From: Nymphaea colorata
Taxonomy: Eukaryota
Direction: 5' to 3'
Length of the DNA: 64,000 bases
Assembly (NCBI RefSeq): GCF_008831285.2
Contig: NC_045138.2
Coordinates: 5,332,001 to 5,396,000 of the forward strand
The notes beneath the pieces were generated by a model. That model made no database searches. It saw only the letters and a list, made by a program, of their open reading frames with translations, and was not told where the DNA came from. Positions 37,255 to 45,348 of the stretch are shown one piece after another (the first letter of the stretch is position 1; every line of letters begins with the position of its first letter). Position numbers and translations under genes: made by a program.

Positions 37255-38866
37255 GTCTGTGTGTGTGTAGACACACACACACAGATATATATATATATAT
37301 AAAACTAAAAAGAGAGACAGAGAGAGAGAGAGGAAAAATAACAAATTGTACAAAAAAAATCATCTAAAATCTGTTACATAATCAATTATTGTTTAATAAC
37401 TTTATTGGTTTGTGTTTGTAACTTTGTACATTATTTTATATCAATGATTAGTTTAGTTAATTTACAATGTAGTTAAATAAAAAAGTTAAAGGATAGACCC
37501 TGTCATCCTTTTAGGAGGTTATCCTTTTGAAACTGAAAGAAGAACCCTTCCTTTTCAAAGAAGAACAGACAAGGATGACCGCAAAAGGGAGAAAAAGACA
37601 GAGAGAGAAAATGAAAGAGGTGTCACGTGAGAGGCAACTAAAAAGAAAAAAGAAGAAAGGAAAGAGAAAAGGGGGAGAAAAAGAGGGAAAAGGAGACACG
37701 CATGTCCATTTTTTGGACACTTCATGCTCAAAAATGGCGTGTCCCAGCCGTGAAAAGGTGTGTCGATGTCAGTGTCAGACACAGCTGGACACCAACACTT
37801 CATCTTTTTGGAAGTGTGCATGCAACACAGGTGAGACTTAAGCTTACCACATCAAGCCAAATCAAATCCAAATATTTTTCCTACAGGTACAAAGAATATT
37901 TGAGAAATTGGCCATTGTAGCTGGTGGAATGACCCAACCCCCTCCAACAATGGATTCAGACTATTGGTTTGGTAGATCCAACCTGCCCACCTAGCAGCTG
38001 ATGAACTTTGTCTAGGGCAGCACACAATTTAAAACAACACTTTTGAACTGACAACATATTCCACATGTTTATTAGTGTTGTTCATGCAATAGACAGCATC
38101 TATTTTCTCTCATAAATCATATCTACTCAGTAACCTTTCTCATTAATACTTGCCTATTGCATTTTCCCTATCTAACGTACCTGCCAAGAAATATGTCATC
38201 CAACAACTTGATTAACTCCAATTATTGAGATAAACAAAATCTCACAAAATATTATTCTTGAAAATGAATGACTGCAATCAGACTGAGGAAAGAAGAACCT
38301 TTAGCATTATGGGAAGACGACCAAAGAAAAATTGGTCACGAATTACAACTCCACCGTTATATTGAAAGCAGACGTCCACATGAAGTCTACCCCGGTAGGA
38401 CGTTCCACATTGTCTACACTGTTTCACAAGAAGGCCAAAATTTGAAAATGACAACCCATTTTTGAGGGCAACACAGCAAAGAAAGTTCATCTAATGCTTT
38501 AATATGTTACCTCATACGGAAGCAGTTGGTCATGCTTTGTTCTAGTGTTTCCTTCCTTATCTGGAGGCAACAAAACTGGATTCTCTAACCATAGTAAGGA
38601 TATGATGTTAAGCATTAAACCAATCATTAAAAAAAGACAGAAACCAAATCAATTGTTAAAAGTATATAAGTGCATAGCAAAAGGATATTCCTAAGTGTTG
38701 TTGCAGAAGAAGAATCATTGACCTCAATAGGCTTTACGTGTGAAACCAAAACATCAAGACCTCTATCAATGAAATAATCAAAGGAGTCTATATGAGGCCT
38801 AGTTAATTCCATTAGTGCTGTGAAATCGGGCAGCTTCATGCCATTGCAAGCTCCAACATGTCCCAT
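1395..38866 (-). CDS. NRPA2: DNA-directed RNA polymerase I second-largest subunit (RPA2/RPA135 family); 24 coding exons in window, 3' part beyond the left edge
   Basis: Joined exons (minus): 38866-38689, 38593-38511, 38418-38299, 35608-35532, 32804-32741, 32614-32544, 31854-31777, 31688-31643, 30910-30730, 30623-30571, 30430-30357, 30250-30133, 24758-24671, 23118-23003, 16299-16172, 16097-16018, 6425-6184, 6103-5954, 5812-5645, 5533-5459, 4268-4165, 4093-4018, 1751-1623, 1538-1395. Total 2643 nt, all phases compatible. Pol I-type motifs: [85 protein letters not shown]. The C-terminal GDKFSSRHGQKG region was not found in 1-1394. Confidence 0.96.
1623..1751 (-). CDS. NRPA2: NRPA2 exon 23 (RETVDL...[11 protein letters not shown])
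   Basis: CAG|CGA...CAG|GTTG; D.DGLP.IG motif. Confidence 0.92.
4018..4093 (-). CDS. NRPA2: NRPA2 exon 22 ([25 protein letters not shown])
   Basis: TAG|T...CAG|GT; conserved GYDMED motif. Confidence 0.95.
4165..4268 (-). CDS. NRPA2: NRPA2 exon 21 (TPQSPIVRT...[13 protein letters not shown])
   Basis: CAG|ACT...GG|GTAGG. Confidence 0.94.
5459..5533 (-). CDS. NRPA2: NRPA2 exon 20 ([25 protein letters not shown])
   Basis: TAG|ATG...CTT|GTGAG. Confidence 0.93.
5645..5812 (-). CDS. NRPA2: NRPA2 exon 19 ([10 protein letters not shown]...[14 protein letters not shown])
   Basis: CAG|GCT...CAG|GTAAG; hallmark NQSPRN motif. Confidence 0.95.
5954..6103 (-). CDS. NRPA2: NRPA2 exon 18 ([11 protein letters not shown]...IGPFEQ)
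   Basis: CAG|ATT...CAG|GTGA. Confidence 0.94.
6184..6425 (-). CDS. NRPA2: NRPA2 exon 17 (ITSYFDAQG...[13 protein letters not shown])
   Basis: CAG|GA...ATG|GTATG; V.LDG..IG motif. Confidence 0.92.
6958..10573 (+). mobile_element. Decayed hAT DNA transposon (zf-BED, DUF659-type core, C-terminal remnant)
   Basis: TIRs CAGTGTTGTA / TACAACATTG; perfect 8-bp TSD AACCAAAC (6950-6957, 10574-10581); TATCG subterminal repeats. Peptides [53 protein letters not shown], with stops and frameshifts. Confidence 0.92.
8713..9753. mobile_element. Non-autonomous hAT-type element nested in the hAT transposase
   Basis: Ends TAGACCTGGGCA... / ...GGAAGGCCTA; GGCCC-rich subterminal regions; TSD GCAGTAGT/GCAGAAGT. 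Removal restores host frame [10 protein letters not shown]. Confidence 0.85.
12754..13057. repeat. Perfect 152-bp tandem duplication (2 copies)
   Basis: 12754-12905 matches 12906-13057 by inspection. Confidence 0.9.
16018..16097 (-). CDS. NRPA2: NRPA2 exon 16 ([26 protein letters not shown])
   Basis: TAG|...C|GTAAGT. Confidence 0.93.
16172..16299 (-). CDS. NRPA2: NRPA2 exon 15 ([26 protein letters not shown]...VRKLLPE)
   Basis: CAG|GTC...GA|GTAAA. Confidence 0.93.
16605..17485. repeat. Imperfect tandem duplication, period about 467 bp
   Basis: About 16605-17018 is repeated at about 17080-17485. This explains the paired ORFs starting [10 protein letters not shown]. Confidence 0.85.
17719..18382. 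mobile_element. hAT-type MITE / non-autonomous element (CTATGTCACA termini)
   Basis: TIR CTATGTCACA/TGTGACTTAG; perfect 8-bp TSD GCTGAAAC. Confidence 0.88.
18559..19639. mobile_element. hAT-type non-autonomous element (CTATGTCACA termini) carrying a cyclin A3-like fragment
   Basis: TIR CTATGTCACAT/ATGTGACATAG; TSD CACAAAAC/CCCAAAAC; GTAC-rich subterminal repeats. Confidence 0.88.
19121..19400 (+). pseudogene. Captured fragment resembling the N-terminus (destruction-box region) of a plant A-type (CYCA3-like) cyclin
   Basis: ATG at 19121. With one frameshift it reads [42 protein letters not shown]; a later frame reads [14 protein letters not shown]. No cyclin box is present. Confidence 0.65.
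19895..20264. mobile_element. hAT-type MITE (CAATGTCACA...TGTGACATAG)
   Basis: TIR of the same family; degenerate TSD CCCTGAAG/CCCCAAAG. Confidence 0.7.
20397..20900 (-). mobile_element. Copia 3' remnant: RNase H end, PPT and LTR (20629-20397)
   Basis: Minus strand reads [11 protein letters not shown]...[10 protein letters not shown], then PPT GAGGGAGGG followed by TGTT...CAGCA. Confidence 0.7.
23003..23118 (-). CDS. NRPA2: NRPA2 exon 14 (THVKKAMDK...[16 protein letters not shown])
   Basis: CAG|...CAG|GTGA; L.TGN....GLD.QQ motif. Confidence 0.92.
24671..24758 (-). CDS. NRPA2: NRPA2 exon 13 ([29 protein letters not shown])
   Basis: TAG|GAA...T|GTACG; continues the LKEK..W motif. Confidence 0.87.
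26451..26727 (+). mobile_element. LTR preceded by a polypurine tract (3' LTR of a degenerate element)
   Basis: GGGGAG followed by TGACACAGT...CACTGCGTCA; same terminal motif as the 16410-21716 family. Confidence 0.55.
26746..27990 (+). mobile_element. Degraded Ty1/Copia: LTR, Met-tRNA PBS-like site, RT fragments
   Basis: ...CAACA then TGGTACCAAAGC (26936-26947). RT motifs [28 protein letters not shown], with stops. Confidence 0.8.
28365..28738. mobile_element. TIR element (MITE), no TSD
   Basis: TIR CATTGTCACAAAAAACGTGT / ACGCATTTTTTGCGACAATG. Confidence 0.75.
28802..29566 (+). mobile_element. Internally deleted Ty1/Copia (truncated 5' LTR, RNase H, PPT, 246-bp 3' LTR)
   Basis: 5' LTR 28802-29005 nearly identical to 3' LTR 29321-29566 (TG...CA). 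RNase H reads [45 protein letters not shown]. Confidence 0.93.
30133..30250 (-). CDS. NRPA2: NRPA2 exon 12 (FMLQKLF...[17 protein letters not shown])
   Basis: CAG|...AAG|GTAAG. Confidence 0.92.
30357..30430 (-). CDS. NRPA2: NRPA2 exon 11 ([25 protein letters not shown])
   Basis: TAG|GTT...AT|GTCTG; VHL...DKF motif. Confidence 0.88.
30571..30623 (-). CDS. NRPA2: NRPA2 exon 10 ([17 protein letters not shown])
   Basis: TAG|...GTG|GTAAGT. Confidence 0.87.
30730..30910 (-). CDS. NRPA2: NRPA2 exon 9 ([11 protein letters not shown]...QCLQFIG)
   Basis: CAG|GCC...G|GTAC; lies within ORF 30665..31072. Confidence 0.9.
31643..31688 (-). CDS. NRPA2: NRPA2 exon 8 ([15 protein letters not shown])
   Basis: TAG|...AAG|GTATC; phase fits. 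Confidence 0.88.
31777..31854 (-). CDS. NRPA2: NRPA2 exon 7 ([25 protein letters not shown])
   Basis: TAG|...|GTAAG; RCVR.DQS motif. Confidence 0.92.
32544..32614 (-). CDS. NRPA2: NRPA2 exon 6 ([24 protein letters not shown])
   Basis: CAG|CCG...AG|GT; phase fits. Confidence 0.9.
32741..32804 (-). CDS. NRPA2: NRPA2 exon 5 ([21 protein letters not shown])
   Basis: TAG|C...TAT|GTGAGT; completes the GGYF motif. Confidence 0.92.
34336..35063. mobile_element. hAT-type MITE (CTATGTCACA family) containing a SINE
   Basis: TIR CTATGTCACAT/ATGTGACTTAA; TSD ACGCTCAT/ATGCTCAT; left end similar to the 18559 element. Confidence 0.85.
34790..35024 (+). mobile_element. tRNA-derived SINE, 235 bp
   Basis: A box TAGCGTAGCTGG (34802-34813); B box AGTTCGATTCCC (34847-34858); 20-bp direct repeat CGAGTACGTGGACCTTACTG on both sides (34770-34789, 35025-35044). 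Confidence 0.85.
35532..35608 (-). CDS. NRPA2: NRPA2 exon 4 ([26 protein letters not shown])
   Basis: TGCAG|TCA...GG|GTGAGT. Confidence 0.92.
36767..37830. mobile_element. hAT-type non-autonomous element with a long internal microsatellite
   Basis: [52 protein letters not shown] subterminal motifs. Confidence 0.82.
36890..37332. repeat. Compound microsatellite (TA)n with TATG/CATA interruptions, (TG)n, (CA)n, (GA)n
   Basis: Directly visible; the source of the YI-repeat pseudo-ORFs. Confidence 0.97.
38299..38418 (-). CDS. NRPA2: NRPA2 exon 3 ([10 protein letters not shown]...GRLPIMLK)
   Basis: CAG|...|GT boundaries; conserved ECRQ..SY.G and G.LPIMLK motifs. Confidence 0.92.
38511..38593 (-). 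CDS. NRPA2: NRPA2 exon 2 ([28 protein letters not shown])
   Basis: Follows the AC acceptor; ends GAG|GTAAC; phase consistent. Confidence 0.88.
38594..38688 (-). other. U12-type (minor spliceosome) AT-AC intron, 95 nt
   Basis: 5' ATATCCTTTT; branch-site-like TGCTTAAC at 38614-38607; 3' AC. Removal restores the frame (TLR-I-WLENP). Confidence 0.92.
38689..38866 (-). CDS. NRPA2: NRPA2 coding exon 1 (MGHVGACNG...[10 protein letters not shown]...TTLR)
   Basis: ATG at 38866, with a CAG acceptor 3 nt upstream (38872-38870). Ends at the U12 donor ATATCCTTTT. Confidence 0.9.
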
Positions 38867-39552
38867 AACCTGGTCAAATGGTGAAAAGGAAAAAGCTTAG
38901 GGGAAAAGGAAAACAAAAAGAAAAAATGTCAAGTGACTGCTTGAGGCAGTTTCATAGAAGAAAACAGTAGACGATGAAAACTGAATAAGGACCTTTTCCC
39001 CAATGCATGCATTATATATAGAAGGATTTACCATAATCAAAGATGCATGATTAGAGAAAGATTTATCATTAGCAAGAGTTTCAGGCATAGTTGTGCTTTC
39101 ACGCATCAAATATGAAATTAGTTTAATAACACAATTTTCTAAAGCTAAAAACCATTTACTATATGAATCCAATGGTGCACATCTAGCATTAATAAAATGA
39201 ATATTTATAATAAGGTACCAATATGAGACAACATCTAAGCAACAATCTACTTTATCACTTTAAAAAGGTAAGGCAAGTTATGGATATATATCAGTGACAT
39301 TCAAGAATATAGCTGAATAGAAGTTGAAACAGCTGTATGACCAAAAAAGCACCTCCAAAAAGAACACTTTCGAACAAAAGACTATATGTTATAACTTATA
39401 AGAAATATGTTAAACATCACACAAGAATGTTTCTCCGACTTTTTACCCTGGTAAATTTGCCAGATGTTGGGGCTTCCCACCTCAAATGATCACCGGTGTG
39501 GATGTGTTTGCATCTCCATCAGCTTCAGGGTACTATGAAAGAGTACATACAG

Positions 39553-40075
39553 CACAGCAAGTTGATTGTGCATCAGTACTTCAACAGAGGAGCACAACAG
39601 TTGAATAAGCTCGGTACCTTCTCTATTTATGTCTTGCTGTTATGCCTATGCATTGTTGGTTATGTGTTGAGGCCTGATGGTAAAGTCTACAACGGATGGC
39701 AGAAACACTGGCTTCAGAACCTACTTTACCATTCACGAAAGAGCACAGCACAGCAGGTTGATTGTGCTTCAGTGCTTGAATGGAGGAACACAATAGGTGA
39801 ATAATTTTGTTACCTTCTCTATTTATGTCTTGTTATTATGCCTATGCATTGATGGCTAATCCACCATGGATAGTCGGAACTTACCATCCATGAAATAGGT
39901 AAGCATTGCAGCTTGATTGTGCTTCAACGGAGGAGCACAACAGGTGACTCAGCTTGTTACCTTCTCTATTTACATCTCATTATTATGTCTATGCATTGTT
40001 GGTTTGAGGCCGGCAGCAAAATCTACCATGGATGGTAGAAACAATGGCTCTACAACCTATTTAACCATTCATGGC
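39553..40075. repeat. Three degenerate tandem copies of a 160-195-bp unit with internal hairpins
   Basis: Shared TTGATTGTGC...CACAA, TACCTTCTCTATTTA and ATGCATTG blocks starting at about 39553, 39749 and 39908. Confidence 0.8.
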
Positions 40076-40979
40076 TGACTGAAAAATAGGGCCACTCAAT
40101 TGCAAGGGTGAAAATGGAAGCCAGCCCCCAACAAGACGGTTCCCACTTTTCAGTATTGCATTAACTCAACCAGAAGCCAATTCATGTTTGAACCTGTATT
40201 TTTTGTCTTTTTTTTATGCTGGCCTTATTTGGTCAACATAACTACTGCTTTTTGAGGAGGAGACCCCCAAGATCATGTTTGCATCCGAGAGAGAAAGAGG
40301 GGCGAAGTTGGCCGGTGGCCCTCCTTTGCAGTAGAGGGAGTAAGAGAGGGAGGGGCAAGGACTCCCTTCTTCAATGAAGAGAGGGAGAGAGACAGAGACA
40401 GAGACAGAGAGATACCTGCAATGGCCAGCCAGCCATGAGAATAGAGAGAGACAGAGAGAGAGGAAGGTGTGAATCGCTTTAGAAGGAGAGAGTGAAAGAA
40501 AAAAAGAGGACACCCTGTGACGTATTAAAAAAAGGGCTTTGCAGTGACAAAACAGAAAATTTGAAAAACTATATATATAAAAAGCTATCACTGCTTAACA
40601 CTTTGTTTGGCCGGATGGAAAGGAAAAACAAAGAGAGAGACCATGTTGGACAGGGAAGAAAAAAAGGAAAAGGAGATAAACCATTGTAAAAGTCTGTTTG
40701 GATGGGAAAAGGAAGAAAATGTATCGTCAAAAGTCATGTTATTTAAGTTATGTAAATGAAAGAAAAGGAAAGATATCATCTTTCATGATTCAACAATAAT
40801 CTCTCCCAAATCGATGAATCCTCAGTGGTTTTTGATGAAAATGGGCAAAATCTCTCCCTCCCACGTCTCTTGGAGTCTTTAGAAACAAGAAAAGAGAGAG
40901 AGAGAGAGAGGAGTGTTTAAAGTACTTTAAAGTTTAAACTTTAAAACATAACACAAAAAGAGGCCCTTTTTGTTTTTTT

Positions 40980-41148
40980 ACCCGTATCGTACGATACGGG
41001 AGTGTATCGCCTATATCGTATGATATAGGCGATACGCTTATAATACACGAGTGTATCGTGTATTGTAAGCCTACCATATAGGTTTTCTAAACCTATACGG
41101 TACGTATCGTACAATATGCATGTGTATCATACGATATGGATAACATTG
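40980..41148. mobile_element. Single hAT-like end (TATCG/CGATA subterminal repeats ending TAACATTG)
   Basis: Resembles the termini of the 6958-10573 hAT; partner end and TSD not found. Confidence 0.5.
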
Positions 41149-43400
41149 CTTAAAAGTTAAAACCATGTTGACGAGATGTGTCATGTTTTTTAAAATATTT
41201 TAATACAATTTATGCAATGAGAAATACCATAACAATAGCTTGACTGTATACATATAATTTAAAAAACATGATAGATTACATAATTCTTTAAAACAAAGAA
41301 GCATGTGTAAAACACAAAATTTACAAGCCTACGTGCCTCATTCACCAGATGAGCTCTTACATCAATTTTCACATATCATTGTAATGCTTTGTAATGTTTT
41401 GGATGGACTATAAGTCTTAAGGAGAATTGAATCATCACAAACTTGACCACATTCTCCACAAAGCAAATAATGTTTGTTTTAAATGTTAAAATTTATCTAA
41501 CTTGGTTTATAGTTTTGGATATTCTAAAAGTTCCGTTTTCTGCATCACACGACCTTTCTCTACTGTGTTTAACTGCGCAAAGAACTCCAAATCTATGCTT
41601 GTAATTATGTTAAAGCTAGAATTGGAGTGACCACTACTAACATGCAAATCAAGAATTATCAGACCACATTAACTGGTTCATGCAGATAGCAGACCAGCTT
41701 CTTCTAATCAGAGATTAGATTTTACTAGTTCGTCAGAAAATGATAGGTCATCCGCCAATAAGCATTAAAGCTACTTGCAATCTTGCACACTGTCTGGCTT
41801 GTTGGTAATTACCAGAAGCTTCCGTCTGAAGATCCAGTTCTTGTTAGAATGCATGCTTCTGAAGCTAGAAACTCCATGCTTCACTTAGAGGATGATTTCG
41901 ACCAAACTCATTTATAATCAAAACTTCATTTGTCATGTTGTGAAGCTAAGTTGTCAGTTACTTTTTAACTCTTAGTTGAAATTTCACTCGTCATGTTGTG
42001 AAGCTAATTTGCCAGTTAATTTTTTAACTCTTAGTTGAGCCTTTCATTGTTTACGTTTTTCTTCAGTTTTCTAAAGTATCATATTTCTCCCATTTAATAT
42101 ATGCCTCTTCATTATCCTGATGTAACTTCCAATTTTGGTCCTACAAGCATTTTAGATCAATTTTCATGTCTTCTTTTTTTATGTTTTCATAACTAATTTC
42201 ACTATTGTCACTTCACACTTATAGTCTTTCATAGTTTTGCTTCTTACTTCATAGCATTTTCTGACACTGGCTTCCCTACTTCCACTTTTGTCATCCTACT
42301 ATCCATTTTGTGTGACCATAAATACAGAACGAACAAAAAAATTTTCTTGAACCAACAATTCTAGATGATTTCCACAGCTGCACCTTGAATAAACCATCTG
42401 GCATAAGAATAACATTCATAAATCATATGAACATCTGTTTTTCTGAAGATCCATCCACCAAGGGCCTAACAAACTAATACCAGAATCAAATTTATCTTAT
42501 GACGTTAGTACAGTCCATGTGATGGTCTAAAGAAGCAATAAATACTAATCTAGCAAGAACTAAATGTTCTCCCTTCTTCAGTCACATTGCTTTGCTTTTT
42601 CTGCTCATTGGGTTTTTTTCTTACAGAATGGTTGCAGTAGTATACATGGCAAACTTGCGAAGCAATTCCTGCCCTAAATGGATTTAAAAGAAATTATTAT
42701 GAACAATAGAAACAACTTCTGGGCCTCTGGCTGCCAATGGCTTCCTATGCGGCAATTCCAGCCAGCAGTGTCCAGTTCTAAACATTAAAATCTTATTCCA
42801 GCATGTAAATAACTCAATATTATTGATGTGCACACACTTCAAGCATGCTACGAAGAGGAATTCAAAAAAAAGCTGAATGCGAAATCAAATAATTCTCCAA
42901 GATCGTTACAATTGAAAATATTCAAATAAGACCATAAAATGTAAAAAAAAAAAAATCCAACTAAAAAAAGCCGCCCGATGATTTTTAAGAAGAATCAGAA
43001 AGAAAGCCGCAGACAAGAAAATGCCAAATACCATCAACAAGTACGAAAACCCATTATTCACAACGATCCTTCGAATTTCAAAATTCAATCACCACACGCC
43101 AGAGCAAGAGAAGGAAAATCGAAAAACAGAAGCCCGCCTCTGCTCCTCAAGAGTCAAGAGAACCGAATCGAGAACCGAGGACACACAGATAAAAAAGCTA
43201 CAGAGCTGCCCCCTTCATCTGTGCGCCTTCTCCACTAAGCCCGCAGCCCCTCCCCCAAGTTACGATGCTCTATTTCTCACAGGCGACGGTGGCTTCTCTC
43301 TTTCTCACGGGCGACAACAACAACAAAAACAAATGAAGGAGAAGAAAGCGATTACGGGTTACCAAACAAATGAAGGAGGAGAAAGAGGTTACGGGTTTAC

Positions 43401-44030
43401 CTTCGGCAGGAGTTAGCGACGATGGCTAAGGCTTCTCAGTTCTCACAGCGGAGGTGGCGGCGATGGCTGAGGCTTCTCACTGCAGCAGTGGCTGAGGCTT
43501 CTCACGGCGGCGATGCGGCAGTGGATGGCTCCTCAAACGGCCGGCCTACAGTGGAATCTTGAAGATTTGCAGGGGAATGGTCGACAAACATCCGGGGAAA
43601 AGGGGGAAATGATGAGACCGTGAAAAACCACATGAAAAAAAAAAACGCGTTAAACCCTTAAAAGACTTTTCGTGCATGATGCGCACGCAGCACTCGAGGC
43701 AGCAGGCTCCCCTGCTGCCGGGCCCTCCGCTGGTGTCTCGACGGCCGTCGACACAGCAGTGCAAGGGCCCCTGACGGTGGCCTCCCTTCTGTCTCAGTGG
43801 CGCCGAGACAGCAGGACGGGTCCTCTGCCCGTCGAGACAGTTCCCGCTGAACGGCCACTCAGCGAACGCAGTCTTCATCGCTGTACAGACACCCTCGTCG
43901 ACAACCAAACACGAGTAAGGAAGGTCTCTGCCTCTCTGCACAAGCAGCCGAGAGAGAGAGACGACATACCTGTAGCTGTGCGCGCCGCCGGAGGGAAGCT
44001 GCGTTGTGCGTGTTGGAGGAACTGCCCACC
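43401..44030 (-). other. Candidate non-coding 5'-UTR exons of NRPA2 (about 44030-43970 and 43545-43401)
   Basis: GC-rich island with CAG|GTATGT donor at 43969, TAG acceptor at 43546 and AAG|GTAAAC donor at 43400. An acceptor lies just upstream of the ATG at 38870. Confidence 0.5.
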
Positions 44031-44049
44031 ACATTCAAGTTCAACCCTT

Positions 44050-44280
44050 TCAGCCCATGCACCGTGAACACGTTAGCGAGGGCATATTAGTCATTTTCTA
44101 TAATAACAATTTTCTCATTCCAATCAGAATTATAAATATCTTTTTCTCGTTTCCTTTTCCTTTCTCATAGCCATCTCTCCATTTCTTCCCATTCAAACGT
44201 GTTTTTGCATAATTGTTCCTTTCTTCTTTCGTCGTGTCCTTCAGGTACCGATTTTCTGATCTCTCGGCGATTAGGGTTTA
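44050..44280. promoter_or_regulatory. Putative NRPA2 promoter motifs: site II (TGGGCT on minus, about 44052-44057) and telo-box (TTAGGGTTT 44271-44279)
   Basis: Motifs seen next to the GC island. Telo-box plus site II is a known combination in plant ribosome-biogenesis gene promoters. Confidence 0.4.
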
Positions 44281-45313
44281 CCGATTTCCTTGATTGGGGG
44301 GAAAGCCTTTGCAATTTCATGGCTGTCTGTATCCGATGTCTTTCGATTTTTATCGTTGACATCAGAGGGATGTTAATATATCCAATTTAGATGAGTTGTC
44401 TAATTAGATTTGTTTTACAAAAATCAAATATGAAACAAAATTAAAATCTAAATAAAGAAATCAGATCAGATTCAGATTTAGAAGGTGAAATCCGATCATA
44501 TTGGGATGCACATAAATTTTTGGTAGGATTTGAATTCAGAGTCAAATCAGATTTAGTTTTGAATGAACATCTTATATCTAACGCTATTACACTTTGAAAA
44601 TCTGTGAGATTCAGTTCAAAATTCAGAATCGATTCTGATCAAATTTGGATCGTGAAATTAGATTTCGGCTTCAAATTCGAATATGTTTTTTCTTTATTCT
44701 TATTTGAATTTGAATCCAAATTCCAATGTGTAAATATCCCAAAAAAGTGAATAAATCTAAATTCCAATGTGTGAACATCCAAAAAAAAGTGGGTATGATC
44801 AAAGATATATTCTTTTCGAATCCAATTCGTTGACATCCAAGCTTGTAAAGTATGGGTGCTGTTTTATTCGTTTCTGTTTTGGGTACCGCAAAGGAGCACT
44901 CCATGCCCTTTTTTTTCGTTCGATAAGGACTGATTTTGAATTAACATCTTACATGCTGCTTATCAAGCTCATTTTTCGATTTATTAGCCAATATTTTAAG
45001 TCATGCTTGTTTGATTAAGAAACTGTATCATGAAGCTAGCTTATCCAAACAACGTTTGATTCTAATCGTGCGTCAATATTTTTTTTAACTTATTTTTCTC
45101 TAAAAATGAAACCTTCAGACGTATCCTACTATGTAAGTTTTAATGACCTATTAATTACACATTGAGCTGCCTTTTGTCACCTTAGAATTCAGAATTCCAT
45201 CTAGCAGATTTCTTCACCAAACCTGTTGCTCCTTCACATTTCGCTTTTCACTTTCAGCCAACTTTTGGTCATCCCATCATTATTTGGGGAGGGTTTAAAA
45301 TATAGTAACTTGT

Positions 45314-45348
<35 letters not shown>

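Noticed and set aside
36826..37367. Long ORFs rich in Y/I/H/T (up to 175 aa) on both strands
   Set aside because: Translations of a TA/TATG microsatellite; not coding.
43546..44071. Overlapping 131-aa and 162-aa ORFs in the GC island
   Set aside because: Stop-poor because of high GC; no recognisable domain; better explained as 5'-UTR exon/intron sequence.
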